DNA from: Opitutia bacterium
GTDB taxonomy: Bacteria; Verrucomicrobiota; Verrucomicrobiia; Opitutales; Opitutaceae
Assembly (NCBI GenBank): GCA_947478395.1
Contig: CANJVR010000003.1
Location: 384,001-448,000 of the forward strand
Length of the DNA: 64,000 nucleotides
Direction of reading: 5' to 3'
Shown here: positions 47,045 through 56,434 of the stretch, piece after piece
Position numbering within the stretch: position 1 is the first letter of the stretch
Layout of the letters: every line of letters begins with the position of its first letter
The notes under the pieces: model-generated
Databases searched by the model: none
Told to the model about the DNA's origin: nothing
Seen by the model: the letters and a program-made list of their open reading frames with translations, nothing else
Made by a program: the position numbers and the translations under genes

Positions 47045-47380
47045 ATGGGAAAAAAACCGCGGGTAATGACGGAAGAGGCGCTGGGGCTGATTGCGCGGCG
47101 ATTTGCTGTGCTGGCGGAGCCGATGCGGCTGCGGTTGCTGCACGCGCTGTTCGACGGCGAAAAAAGCGTGGGAGTGCTTGTCGAGCTGAGCGGCGGCACG
47201 CAGGCGAATGTATCGCGCCACCTCCAGACGCTGACGGACGCCGGGATGCTCACGCGCCGAAAGGAAGGCCTGCAGGTTTTTTACGGGATCGGCGACAAGT
47301 CGGTCTTCGAGTTGTGCGAACTGGTGTGTGGCAGTTTGGAGCAGCAGCACACGCAGCGGGCCGAGTCGCTGGCTCGTTAG
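47045..47380 (+). CDS. ArsR/SmtB-family transcriptional repressor
   Basis: FAVLAEPMRLRLL, QANVSRHL..L..AG, RRKEG..VFY; C-terminal CELVC. Confidence 0.9.
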   Translation: MGKKPRVMTEEALGLIARRFAVLAEPMRLRLLHALFDGEKSVGVLVELSGGTQANVSRHLQTLTDAGMLTRRKEGLQVFYGIGDKSVFELCELVCGSLEQQHTQRAESLAR

Positions 47381-47475
47381 GTCCGCGTTGGAAATGAGCA
47401 GGCGGTGCCCCGTCTTAGTCGCTAGGGCCGCCGGGCAGACGATTCTAGTTCAGCCCGCAGTTATGTGTAGCCGGC

Positions 47476-49137
47476 CTAGAACAGCCGCCGGCCTTTGGCT
47501 TGGGGTGGGGCGGGGAGGCCGAGGAGGGCGGAGAGGGTGGGGGCGAGGTCGTCGACGCCGACGCGCTCAGGACGAACGCTGCGGGGAATGCCCGCACCGA
47601 ACCACAGCATTGGCACGTGGGTGTCGTAGTCGTACGGCGAGCCGTGGGTCGAACCCATCGCGCGGGAAAAATAGTACGGCTTTAAGATAACGACTAGATC
47701 CCGGCCGCGGCCGGCGTTGTAACTGCGGCGGGTCATGTCGAGAATACTGTCGGTCGTGGGCTCGGCGGCGAGTAGCTCCTCGCGGGTGTAGGCCTCGGCG
47801 ATGGGTGGCTGGAGTCGGAGCGCTTTTTGGACCACGATCGCGGCGGCGGCGGCGGAAATACTCTTGGCGGCGAGAGCGGCGGGACGGAAATGGTAGCAAA
47901 AATTTTCGCGCACAAACCACGTTTCGTTAGCGGGGAGGGGGCCGTAGGCCGCGTTGAGAGCGCGGCGGGCGTCGTCGTCGAGGGCGGCCGCGTTGACGCG
48001 GCCTGCCGGATGATCGCGGGCAATCTCAGGCATGGGGGCTACGCCGTGATCGGCGGTGAGCACGATGAGGCAGTGCGTGAGTCCAACCTCACGGTTGACG
48101 CGGTCGAAGAACGCGGCGAGGACGCGGTCGAGACGTAGCACGGAATCCATGACTTCATGGCTGTCGGGTCCGTAGGTGTGGCCGACGGCGTCGATCTGAG
48201 AAAAACCCACGGCGAGCAAATCGGTGGCTTCGTGTTGGCCGAGGCGTTCGGCGACGAGCGCGCGCTGCGCGAGTTCGCCCAATGCTTCCGTCGTGAAAGG
48301 AGCCCAATCGTAAGCATCGAAAAACTTTGGCGTGATCGTGGTTTCGCCTCCGTCCATGCGCTTGGGAAACGTGCGGGTGAAACCGGAGCCGGTGGTTTCG
48401 CCCACGACATCGTCCGGGCCTTGCACGCGGTCGTAGATCGCGGGGTCGAGGAGGCGCTCCCATGTTTTTTCGAACACGGCTTCTGCGCGTTTCTCCGCGT
48501 TGAACGCGACAATCCACGCCGGGAGATCGGCGCGATAGTAGCGCGATGTGATGAAGCGACCGATTTCGTCCCAGTATACGCCGTCGGCTTTTTGTCCGCC
48601 GAGCAGGATGGCGGAGCGATCCTTGTTCGAAAGGGAGATCACGCGCGATTTGTCGCCGTAGCGCTTTTTGAGTTCGTCGCCCACAGTAGTGCTGTGGAAA
48701 TTCTTCGGCGAACGCCCGGTTTTCTGGGGATTGCGCGCGGCGACCGGCCCCATTTCGCGCGGGTCGATGCCAACGAGCGGCGAGCCGCGGTCTTCGACGG
48801 AGTTGACGATCTCGCCGGAATCGAGGTCGAACCACTCGTTGGAAATGATGCTGTGATCCCGGGAGAACGCACCGCTGAGAATCTGGGCGTGGCCGGGGGC
48901 GGTGACGGTGAGGCTATGGCGGTAGTTTGCGTTTTCGAAAACGGTGCCGCCCTCCAGGAGACGTTTGAAGCCGCCCTCGACGAAATAGGGACGGAAGCGC
49001 ACGAGGTAGTCGGCGCGCAACTGGTCGATCGAGATCACGACGACGAGTTTTGGGGGCGCGGGCGGCGCGGCGGCGCGGACCGTGTAGGCGGCGAAAAAAA
49101 GCCCAAAGAACGCGAGCAGGATGCGGCGAAGAGTCAT
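47476..49137 (-). CDS. Alkaline phosphatase superfamily protein (PafA-like)
   Basis: Signal peptide; ISIDQLRADY, Thr nucleophile TAPGH, KDRSAIL, D.VGHTYGPDS.E, TADHG, HGSPYDYDTHVP. Confidence 0.9.
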   Translation of the reverse strand: MTLRRILLAFFGLFFAAYTVRAAAPPAPPKLVVVISIDQLRADYLVRFRPYFVEGGFKRLLEGGTVFENANYRHSLTVTAPGHAQILSGAFSRDHSIISNEWFDLDSGEIVNSVEDRGSPLVGIDPREMGPVAARNPQKTGRSPKNFHSTTVGDELKKRYGDKSRVISLSNKDRSAILLGGQKADGVYWDEIGRFITSRYYRADLPAWIVAFNAEKRAEAVFEKTWERLLDPAIYDRVQGPDDVVGETTGSGFTRTFPKRMDGGETTITPKFFDAYDWAPFTTEALGELAQRALVAERLGQHEATDLLAVGFSQIDAVGHTYGPDSHEVMDSVLRLDRVLAAFFDRVNREVGLTHCLIVLTADHGVAPMPEIARDHPAGRVNAAALDDDARRALNAAYGPLPANETWFVRENFCYHFRPAALAAKSISAAAAAIVVQKALRLQPPIAEAYTREELLAAEPTTDSILDMTRRSYNAGRGRDLVVILKPYYFSRAMGSTHGSPYDYDTHVPMLWFGAGIPRSVRPERVGVDDLAPTLSALLGLPAPPQAKGRRLF

Positions 49138-49308
49138 GGCAAAAAGGGACAAGAGGAGGGTGAGTGACGAGGGCAAGCCCGCGGAGAGGCGTGGGGCGGT
49201 CCGGGAGCCAAATTTCACGCGTTCGTTTTATGAGAAGAGTTTTCCGCGCAGCTGGGGCGAAGGGGCGAGGGGGGCTCGGACAGATGCAGCGATCCAATGC
49301 TCCCCGTC

Positions 49309-49334
49309 CGGCGCGTTAGGGATAACGCGTCCCA
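49309..49334. repeat. Degenerate single REP of family B
   Basis: CGGCGCGTTAGGGATAACGCGTCCCA shares the TTAGGGATAA hairpin core with 15706-15735. Confidence 0.5.
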
Positions 49335-49340
49335 TTTTTT

Positions 49341-49859
49341 TCAAACACCCTCTTGGCGGATTTTCGCTTGAGCCATAGCGGGGCCGGATTTGAGCCAGAC
49401 CCCGTAGGCGGCGAAGGCGGCGAGGGAGAAAAAGACCAGGAGATGGCCGGTAAGTTGGCGGATCTGCACGGCTTGTGCCGTCCGGAATTCGGCGGGGGTG
49501 AGCTCGCGCAGAATTTTATCGTGTGACTTGAGGACGAGGCGGGTTTCGGACACGCGCACGGGATCGCCGCCCTCGTTTAGCGTTAGACAAACGAAGAAGT
49601 TGGCGAAGACGTACACGAGGAGCGCGACAGTGCCGATTTTTATCCCCCGTGGGATGTTGCCGAAGATTTCGGAGACGAGATTTTTGCGGGGGACTTTGCG
49701 GAGCTGCCAGATGACGAGCGGCCAGACGACGAAAAGTAGCGGCACAAAGATGAGCACCGGATAGAACGCGATGCCCGCAAACGTGAGTACATGAGCGGCG
49801 GCGCAGGCGGCGGCACCGAAGACGGAGACCAAGAATGTGAGACGAAGACCGGAGGACAT
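49341..49859 (-). CDS. Hypothetical membrane protein (about 4 TM)
   Basis: 172-aa ORF with hydrophobic segments filling the gap; function unknown. Confidence 0.7.
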   Translation of the reverse strand: MSSGLRLTFLVSVFGAAACAAAHVLTFAGIAFYPVLIFVPLLFVVWPLVIWQLRKVPRKNLVSEIFGNIPRGIKIGTVALLVYVFANFFVCLTLNEGGDPVRVSETRLVLKSHDKILRELTPAEFRTAQAVQIRQLTGHLLVFFSLAAFAAYGVWLKSGPAMAQAKIRQEGV

Positions 49860-49942
49860 TTTTTTGCTTTGGAAGGTGGCGTTCCGACCTCTTGCGGTGG
49901 GCTTCGGAAGGGCTCGCGAAGTTGGGTCCGAAGGCCCGGTCC

Positions 49943-50548
49943 CTACTTCGTCAGGTCATACAGCGCGTAGCCGGCGAAAAGATTCGGCAGCGCCCGGCAA
50001 GGCGTTTTCCAGTCGCCGCCGAGGAGGACGCGGCGCGTGATACGGATTTTGTGGTCTGCGCAGAAATCCTCGAAGTCGGCGACGGAGACCGGATTGGCGG
50101 GGCGACTCTCGGCCCACGCGGTCTTGTAGACCGCGTTGCGCGCTTTGCGTCCGCGTACCAGGAGATCGAGCCGGTTTTTCCAGAAGGCGTGGTTGACGAA
50201 GCCCACGGTGACTGAGCGCGCGACCCGCAGCGCCTCCGCGATGACGGCGGCGGGATTGTGCAGCTCCTGCACCGTGCGCGAGCAGATCACGCGGTCGAAA
50301 TGTTTTTCTGGAAACGCCGCCATGCACGTAATCATGTCGCCCTGATAGGCCGGCACGCCCCGGAGGACGCAGGCGGTGACGCGCGAGAAATCGAGATCCA
50401 CGCCGAGGGCGGAAACCTGTTTTGTCTGCACGAGGTAATCGAGCAGCTCGCCGCGGCCGCAGCCAAGATCGAGCACGCGCGTTTGCGGTTCCACCCAGTC
50501 ACCGATGATCTGCATGTCGACCGTACGCTTTTCGACGAGCTTGGTCAT
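49943..50548 (-). CDS. metW: Methionine biosynthesis protein MetW
   Basis: RVLDLGCGRGELL SAM-binding motif, FDRVICSRTVQ, VGFVNHAFWKNR; directly downstream of metX. Confidence 0.88.
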   Translation of the reverse strand: MTKLVEKRTVDMQIIGDWVEPQTRVLDLGCGRGELLDYLVQTKQVSALGVDLDFSRVTACVLRGVPAYQGDMITCMAAFPEKHFDRVICSRTVQELHNPAAVIAEALRVARSVTVGFVNHAFWKNRLDLLVRGRKARNAVYKTAWAESRPANPVSVADFEDFCADHKIRITRRVLLGGDWKTPCRALPNLFAGYALYDLTK

Positions 50549-50569
50549 ACGGCAGGGGATGAGACATTA

Positions 50570-50663
50570 CCCACGCAACACACGGAATAGGGAGTGCTCG
50601 CGAACAAGGCGGGGAAAGGCCGGCGGGTTGTTTTCATTCCGTATTTTCCGTGTGTACCGTGGG
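50570..50663. repeat. CCACG-type inverted-repeat element between metX and metW
   Basis: CCCACGCAACACACGGAA (50570-50587) versus TTCCGTGTGTACCGTGGG (50646-50663): 16/18 complementary. Confidence 0.6.
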
Positions 50664-50669
50664 CGATAT

Positions 50670-51923
50670 TCAGATCGTAAAGTCGAACTGATTGGGTTGC
50701 GGGCGGTCGAGGAAGCCGCGGATGAGAGCGTAGAGTTCGTCGCTCTCGAGGAGAAAAGAATCGTGGCCGAGATCGGTGGAGAGTTCGGCGTAGCTGGCGC
50801 GTTTGCCGGCGCGGAGGAGGGCGAGGGCGATGGCCCGGTTTTGCTCGGGCGGGAACAGCCAGTCGCTGGTGAAGCCGACGACGAGGGACTCAGCTTGCAC
50901 GGGCGCGAAGGCTTGCTCGAGGGAGCCGTAGGCGTGATCGAGGTCGAACTGGTCGAGGGCGCGCGTGATGTAGAGGTATGAATTCGCGTCGAAGCGGTTG
51001 ATGAACGTCTGGCCCTGATGGCGCAGGTAGCTCTCAACTTCGAACTGGAGATTGAAATCCGCTGCGGCGGCGATGCTAGGTTGGCCGCCGGCGGCGGGCG
51101 GCAGCTCCGCGCTGAGCTGTGGACTCTTGGCGCGGGATTGAATGGTGCGGCGGCCGAATTTTCGGTCCATGCTGGCGTCGCTGAGATAGGTGATGTGCGC
51201 CATCATGCGTGCGATCGCGAGGCCGACGCGCGGGCCGCCGTCGCGGGTATAATCGCCGTTGTTCCAGCCCGGATCCTGCATGATGGCCTGGCGACCGACT
51301 TCGTTGAAGGCGATCGCTTGGGCGCCTTCCCGCGCGGTGGTGGCCATCGCGAGCAGGCGGCGAGTGAAGCGGGGAAACTCGATGGCGAAGAGCATCGCGG
51401 TCATGCCGCCCATCGAGCCGCCGATCACGGTGTGGAGTTCTGCGATGCCGAGGTGGTCGAGCAGAAGTTTTTGCGCGCGCACCATGTCAAGGATGGTAAG
51501 GGCGGGGAAACGGAGGCCGTAAGGTTCGCCCGTGGCGGGATTCGTGGAAGACGGGCCGCTGGAGCCGGAGCAGCCGCCGGGAACGTTGGCGCAGACCACG
51601 AAGAAGCGGCGCGTGTCGACGGCCTTGCCGGGGCCGATGAGGTTGTTCCACCAGCCGGGTTTTTTATCGGTGGGTGAATTCCAGCCGGCGCAGTGGTGAT
51701 TGCCGCTGAGGGCGTGGCAGATGAGCACGGCGTTGTCCCGTGTGGCGTTGAGCGTGCCGTAGGTTTCGTAGCGCAGCGTGAGGCCGTCGAGCTGCTGGCC
51801 GTTCTTGAACGTGAAGGGGCGCGGATAAACGAAATCGCGCGGCACAACGAGGCCGACGTCGTCCGGCGCGAGATGGCGCGGGACGACGGGCGCGGCAGCG
51901 GAAGCCTCGGGCTCGTCGGTCAT
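50670..51923 (-). CDS. metX: Homoserine O-acyltransferase (MetX family)
   Basis: YETYG.LN, CHALSG, GWW..LIGPGK, GGSMGG, ARMMAHITY, SYL.HQG..F..RFDANSY, SDWLFP, GHDSFL. Confidence 0.93.
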   Translation of the reverse strand: MTDEPEASAAAPVVPRHLAPDDVGLVVPRDFVYPRPFTFKNGQQLDGLTLRYETYGTLNATRDNAVLICHALSGNHHCAGWNSPTDKKPGWWNNLIGPGKAVDTRRFFVVCANVPGGCSGSSGPSSTNPATGEPYGLRFPALTILDMVRAQKLLLDHLGIAELHTVIGGSMGGMTAMLFAIEFPRFTRRLLAMATTAREGAQAIAFNEVGRQAIMQDPGWNNGDYTRDGGPRVGLAIARMMAHITYLSDASMDRKFGRRTIQSRAKSPQLSAELPPAAGGQPSIAAAADFNLQFEVESYLRHQGQTFINRFDANSYLYITRALDQFDLDHAYGSLEQAFAPVQAESLVVGFTSDWLFPPEQNRAIALALLRAGKRASYAELSTDLGHDSFLLESDELYALIRGFLDRPQPNQFDFTI

Positions 51924-52099
51924 GGAGAAAACTTAATAACGAACGAGACGCGCGCGAGGCAAGAAACCAACCCGTGGTTTCGAGTCTTGGGCTTTGGGTT
52001 TCGCGGGGGGTGAACCGAAAATTCCCAACTGCGAAATTGCTGGGCTGAGGAACCCCGAAGCCCAAAACGGTCGCAGCCGTCCATCAGCGGCGCGGCGGA

Positions 52100-53905
52100 C
52101 TACCTCTTCTTCGGTGTTACGTTCTTCACCGGCTTGCTGCCGCTGAGCGCGTTCGCGACGGCGATGGGACCGATGGCGGGGTCTTTCAGGCGGTTGATGA
52201 TCATCATCTGCGCGATCGTGAAAAGACCGTTGGTCGTCGAATAGAGCGAGAGCGCGGCCGGCAGGTTGTAACAGAACAGCGTGAAAATCACGGGCATGAA
52301 TTTCATCATCGTGGCCTGTGTTTGATCCATCGTCGGAGACGTCGGAGTCATGCGCATCTGGACGACCATGGTGACGCCAAGCAGCAGGGGCAGAATGTTC
52401 AGCGGCAGTCCGCCGAGATGCATGATCGTATCGGGCGCGGAAAGGTCGTGCGCCCACAGGAACGGCGCGTAGCGGAGTTCCGCGGTGCTTTGCAGCATCG
52501 AATAAAAGCCGAGGAAGAACGGCATCGTCAGCAGTTGGGGCAGACAGCCGCCGACCGGGTTGACCTTACGCTCCTTGAAGAGCGCCATGGTGGCCATCTG
52601 CTGCTTCTGCGGGTTGTCCTTGAACTTCTCCTTGATGGCGGCGAGCTCCGGCTGGAGCTGCGCCATGCGTTTCATCGAACGCGTGGAGGCCACCGTGGCC
52701 GGGATGAAAAGGATCTTGAGGATGAGCGTGCTGAGCACGATCGCCAGGCCCCAGTTCGGGATCACGCTGTGCATCCAGTTCATCAACGTGACGAGCAGCT
52801 GCGCGAAGAATTTGAAAAAGCCATACTCCATGACCTTGTCCTGGTCGGCCTTGAAAACGTCGGTGTTCGCGAGTCGCTTGTATTCCTTCGGCCCGACATA
52901 GAAATTTCCCGCGAGTGCCGCCGTGCCGCCGGCCGCGAGCGGCTTGACGTCGAACTGCGCAACCCCGGCGATGCCGTAGGCGTTGTGATCGGTGTCGGGT
53001 AGCGCGGCGAGCAGCTTCACCCGCCGCGTGACGAGACCGGTGCCGGGTTCGTCGGGCGTGAGGATGCTGGCGAAGAACTGGTTTTTCACCGCGGCCCACG
53101 CGATGGGACCGCCGCTCGCGATCGACGATTGCGCTTCGCTGGCGCCGATGCCGAAGAAGCCGCTGCCACCTTCAAGTTTCGAACGCGCGATGAATTTCTG
53201 GGCGTCGGGGCCGGCGTAGCCGGTGCTGAGTTGCAGGCCGGCATCGAGGGCATTCACCGGTGCCGCGGTGCCAAGTGCGAGGCTGACCCGCAGCGGAGCG
53301 CCCGTCTGCGCGGTCAGATTCCGAAAGGTCGTCTCGTGCCGCAACTGGTAGGGATCGGATTTTTCTCCTGCGCTCGGGGCGAGGATGTACCGGCGCGTGA
53401 CCTCGAGTTTGCCGTCGAGCACGGCGCGGAAAACGATTTCCGACGCGGTTTGGGAAACGATGTCGTACCGCGTGGCGCGATCGAGGCCGGGAAATTCCGT
53501 GAACGCCAGCATCGGGTCGGCGTGAAGTTCGTTGAAGATAAACGCATCCGGCCGGCCTTGCGCGGCGGGGTATTTTTTCAGGGCGACGTCGCTGACCGCC
53601 CCGCCGAAATCCGTGAAACGCACGGCAATGAAATCATTTTCCAAAATTGTCACCTTGGCCCCCGCGTGTTCGGTGCTGGTCGCGGCGAACGCGGCCTGCG
53701 GCCCGCCGCTTACGGTGGGCGTCGCGGCGGCGCCGGTTGCGGCCGTGGCGGGAGCCGCGGCCGTGTTCGCGGTCTGCTCGGCCACCGCCGCGCGCACGGC
53801 CGCGGGCGTCGCGGGCTGGTGCGGGAACAGGCGCTGGCTGAGGTACAGACTGGCGAAGGCGGCGATGATGAAGAAGGCGCCGAGGAAGGTGTTCTTTTTG
53901 TCCAT
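52100..53905 (-). CDS. yidC: Membrane protein insertase YidC
   Basis: MDKKN TM1, large periplasmic domain, YVGPK, NWGLAIV, NPVGGCLP, FLWAHDLSAPD, LSLY. Confidence 0.95.
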   Translation of the reverse strand: MDKKNTFLGAFFIIAAFASLYLSQRLFPHQPATPAAVRAAVAEQTANTAAAPATAATGAAATPTVSGGPQAAFAATSTEHAGAKVTILENDFIAVRFTDFGGAVSDVALKKYPAAQGRPDAFIFNELHADPMLAFTEFPGLDRATRYDIVSQTASEIVFRAVLDGKLEVTRRYILAPSAGEKSDPYQLRHETTFRNLTAQTGAPLRVSLALGTAAPVNALDAGLQLSTGYAGPDAQKFIARSKLEGGSGFFGIGASEAQSSIASGGPIAWAAVKNQFFASILTPDEPGTGLVTRRVKLLAALPDTDHNAYGIAGVAQFDVKPLAAGGTAALAGNFYVGPKEYKRLANTDVFKADQDKVMEYGFFKFFAQLLVTLMNWMHSVIPNWGLAIVLSTLILKILFIPATVASTRSMKRMAQLQPELAAIKEKFKDNPQKQQMATMALFKERKVNPVGGCLPQLLTMPFFLGFYSMLQSTAELRYAPFLWAHDLSAPDTIMHLGGLPLNILPLLLGVTMVVQMRMTPTSPTMDQTQATMMKFMPVIFTLFCYNLPAALSLYSTTNGLFTIAQMMIINRLKDPAIGPIAVANALSGSKPVKNVTPKKR

Positions 53906-53919
53906 TGAAGAAAATCGGA

Positions 53920-54246
53920 TCAGCGTCGGGCGGTCGCGTTGACTTGGACGCAGGTTGGCGCGCTGCGGCGCGCTTTGGGCACGGGATCGAAACCGCCGGG
54001 ATGTAGTGGCGTGCACTTTAGCAGGCGCCGGGTGGCGAGCCAGCTGCCGGCCACCACGCCATGAACGGTGACGGCCTCCGCGGCGTAGTGCGAGCAGGTC
54101 GGAGCAAAGCGACAGCCGCAGGTGGGGCCGCCAACGATCCGGAGCGCCGGTGAAACCGCAAACTGGTAGAACCGGATGAGCTCGAGTAGCGCGGCGGCGG
54201 GTAGCCGGGCGATGCTGACGAAAAATGCAGTCCAGCGCTCAGTCAT
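53920..54246 (-). CDS. yidD: Membrane protein insertion efficiency factor
   Basis: [20 protein letters not shown]...[17 protein letters not shown]. Confidence 0.92.
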   Translation of the reverse strand: MTERWTAFFVSIARLPAAALLELIRFYQFAVSPALRIVGGPTCGCRFAPTCSHYAAEAVTVHGVVAGSWLATRRLLKCTPLHPGGFDPVPKARRSAPTCVQVNATARR

Positions 54247-54622
54247 GTTTGGGCAGAACCACCACGGCTGCGGCGATCTGAGCGCAGGCGTTGATAAAAA
54301 TCTTTTCGAGTTCCGGGAAAGGGCGTTGGTTCATCGCGGCGCGGGCGATGAAAAGATAATCACAGCCGGCGGGGAGAAGAGCCTGATGCTGGCGGAAAAG
54401 TTCGCGCAGACGGCGTTTAGCGCGGTTGCGCAAAATCGCGTGGCCTACGGCGGCGGTCGAGGCGATGACGCACGCGCGCGGCCGGGAAATTTCAGCGGTC
54501 GACCCCGAGGCGCGAGGCAGCCACCAAGCGGTGAAAGCGCGGGCGTCAAAACGCCGGCCCTCGGCGCGCACGGCGCGAATCTCGTCCTGGCGGCGGAGAT
54601 GCTGCTCAGGGCGGAAACGCAT
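54239..54622 (-). CDS. rnpA: Ribonuclease P protein component
   Basis: [18 protein letters not shown] (RNR motif); conserved position between rpmH and yidD. Confidence 0.9.
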   Translation of the reverse strand: MRFRPEQHLRRQDEIRAVRAEGRRFDARAFTAWWLPRASGSTAEISRPRACVIASTAAVGHAILRNRAKRRLRELFRQHQALLPAGCDYLFIARAAMNQRPFPELEKIFINACAQIAAAVVVLPKHD

Positions 54623-54665
54623 GGGACCGCGGCGGTTAAACGAACGCGGACGAGCCAGCGCGGAC

Positions 54666-54803
54666 TCAGACGACGGTCAGACGCTTGCGACCCTTAAGAC
54701 GGCGGGCCTTGATGACTTTACGGCCGCCTTTAGTGGCCATACGGGCGCGGTAGCCGATCTTGCGGGCGCGTTTCTTGCGATGCGGGCGGAAGGTGGGTTG
54801 CAT
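54666..54803 (-). CDS. rpmH: 50S ribosomal protein L34
   Basis: [45 protein letters not shown] (45 aa). The true start is ATG 54803, not the long ORF start. Confidence 0.96.
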   Translation of the reverse strand: MQPTFRPHRKKRARKIGYRARMATKGGRKVIKARRLKGRKRLTVV

Positions 54804-55262
54804 GATGCGTGAGCGATTAGAGGTGACTGAAGTGCCGAACCGCTGCCGGGGTGTCAAGGCGCGGTTTGGTCCGGCAGTGGGTCGGTTCGAAATCAAGATT
54901 TTCAGCCGAGAATCTGGAATCTCCAAAACGCGCCGGGCCGGCGTTGCGGTTTCAGCCCAGTACTCATAAGGGTAACCTATTTCCGCCCGCGAGGCGCATC
55001 GCATTTCGATTTGAAGGAATCGACCCGAAAGATCCGCCAATTTGGAGCTGGGCTGGGCCTCTATTGGTCGGTCGCGCGGTCCTTTTAACCCGTAAAACCG
55101 AGACCAATCCCTCATCATGAAAAACCGCCCGAAAGGCCAAGCTGGCCGCGCGGCTAAGTTCACTCCGATCAAATCGAAGGAAAGGTGGAGCAGGAAGCCG
55201 GCTAGATCTAAAGAATGTTGGATCGGGATTGAGCGGTTTCAGTTTTCTCCTGGTCGTTTTGG

Positions 55263-55332
55263 GTCGCGGCAGGCGTTTATACCTGCCGGGTTCTGCGCCC
55301 TCGTTTCGGCAGGCAGGGACGCCTGCCGCGAC
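55263..55332. repeat. REP doublet, family A (second copy)
   Basis: GTCGCGGCAGGCGTTTATACCTGCCG and CGGCAGGCAGGGACGCCTGCCGCGAC arms; 26 nt (55304-55329) identical to 12228-12253. Confidence 0.7.
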
Positions 55333-55563
55333 ATCGTTTAAGCACAACCAGGCGCGAGATTTTCGCTGGCTCCGGCTGAGAACTGACTGCGCCCCTAGGT
55401 GCGCGGGTGACATCGGTGCAGGCGGAGCCATCTTTGGGGCGTCTTTGTGGCCAACAGTTCTGGAGCTCCGGCCGAGCGAGCGCGCGAAGCACGGTAGGCG
55501 CGGTGCGTCTCGACGCGGAAAAACCGCTGTCAAACGGCGGCGAAATTGCCACGGTCCGTCGCT

Positions 55564-56001
55564 ATGCGCATCGCTGTCATCGCCGACACGCACGATTTAT
55601 TTCCGGCCACCCTTCCGTCGCGACTGCGCTCGGCGGATGAGATCTGGCATCTCGGCGACGTGTGTGCGCCCGAGACGCTCGTGGAATTCGAGCAACTGGG
55701 AAAACCGCTGCGCGTGGTGCAGGGGAACAACGATTTTTATCCGGCATGGCCGATCGCGCTCGAACTTGAACGAGAAGGTATAAAATTTTATCTGACCCAT
55801 ATTCCACCGAGGCGCGCGCCGCTGGGGTTTAACGTGGTACTGCACGGACATACTCATGTGCCCCGCGATGAGCTGGGCGCGACGGCGCGGTGGCTAAACC
55901 CCGGTTGCATCACGAGACCGAACCGCGGCGCGCCGGCGAGTTTTGCTTGGTTGACGATGGAGAAAGGGAAAAAACTCCGATGGGATCTGATACGGCTTTG
56001 A
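55564..56001 (+). CDS. YfcE-like metallophosphoesterase
   Basis: IADTH, HLGD, VQGNND, TH, HGHTH, NPG. Confidence 0.9.
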   Translation: MRIAVIADTHDLFPATLPSRLRSADEIWHLGDVCAPETLVEFEQLGKPLRVVQGNNDFYPAWPIALELEREGIKFYLTHIPPRRAPLGFNVVLHGHTHVPRDELGATARWLNPGCITRPNRGAPASFAWLTMEKGKKLRWDLIRL

Positions 56002-56028
56002 AAACGCGGCCGCGTCGGCCGTTTTCGT

Positions 56029-56428
56029 TTGTCGCGGCTCGACGAAGAGACGGTGCGACTCAACATCTCCGACCATGATTGGCGCGACGCTCGCCGCTCA
56101 ATTCCAACCGGCCGATTAGGAGGCGTTGGTTTCGTGGTTCCTCGAGTGCGTCAACGGCCGGCATCGCGCGGAGGTGCAGGGAAGGGGTGGTGCGGCCATC
56201 GCACCGGCGGCGGGGACTCGCGACGCGATTGATGACGGAAATCGAGACCGGTGCCCGTGAGCATCGCGTGTGGTTGTGGTATCTCGACAGGGGCGATGGC
56301 GAGGCGAGTAACCGGGCCTTTTATGAAACGCCGGGTTTGTTTATGTCGGCGGGGTTCCTGGCTTTGCGCTCGATCCGCACGGACGGCCGGCGCCGAACGC
56401 TATTTTCTACAAGACGCTGGCGCCGTAA
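56029..56428 (+). pseudogene. Degraded GNAT acetyltransferase
   Basis: Pieces in different frames: RLDEETVRLNISD...GGVGFVVP; V.PSHRRRGLATRLM.EIE..AR...LD...NRAFYE; after a frameshift near 56337, VYVGGVPGFALDPHGRPAPNAIFYKTLAP* (TAA 56426-56428). Confidence 0.7.
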
Positions 56429-56434
56429 CGGCGA

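Noticed and set aside
51924..52099. Possible SAM riboswitch upstream of metX
   Set aside because: No SAM-I/II consensus recognised; only an imperfect inverted repeat. An Rfam scan would settle it.
54666..55172. 168-aa ORF suggesting an N-terminally extended L34
   Set aside because: Only the last 45 aa are L34, and a TTGACA promoter-like element lies inside the extension.
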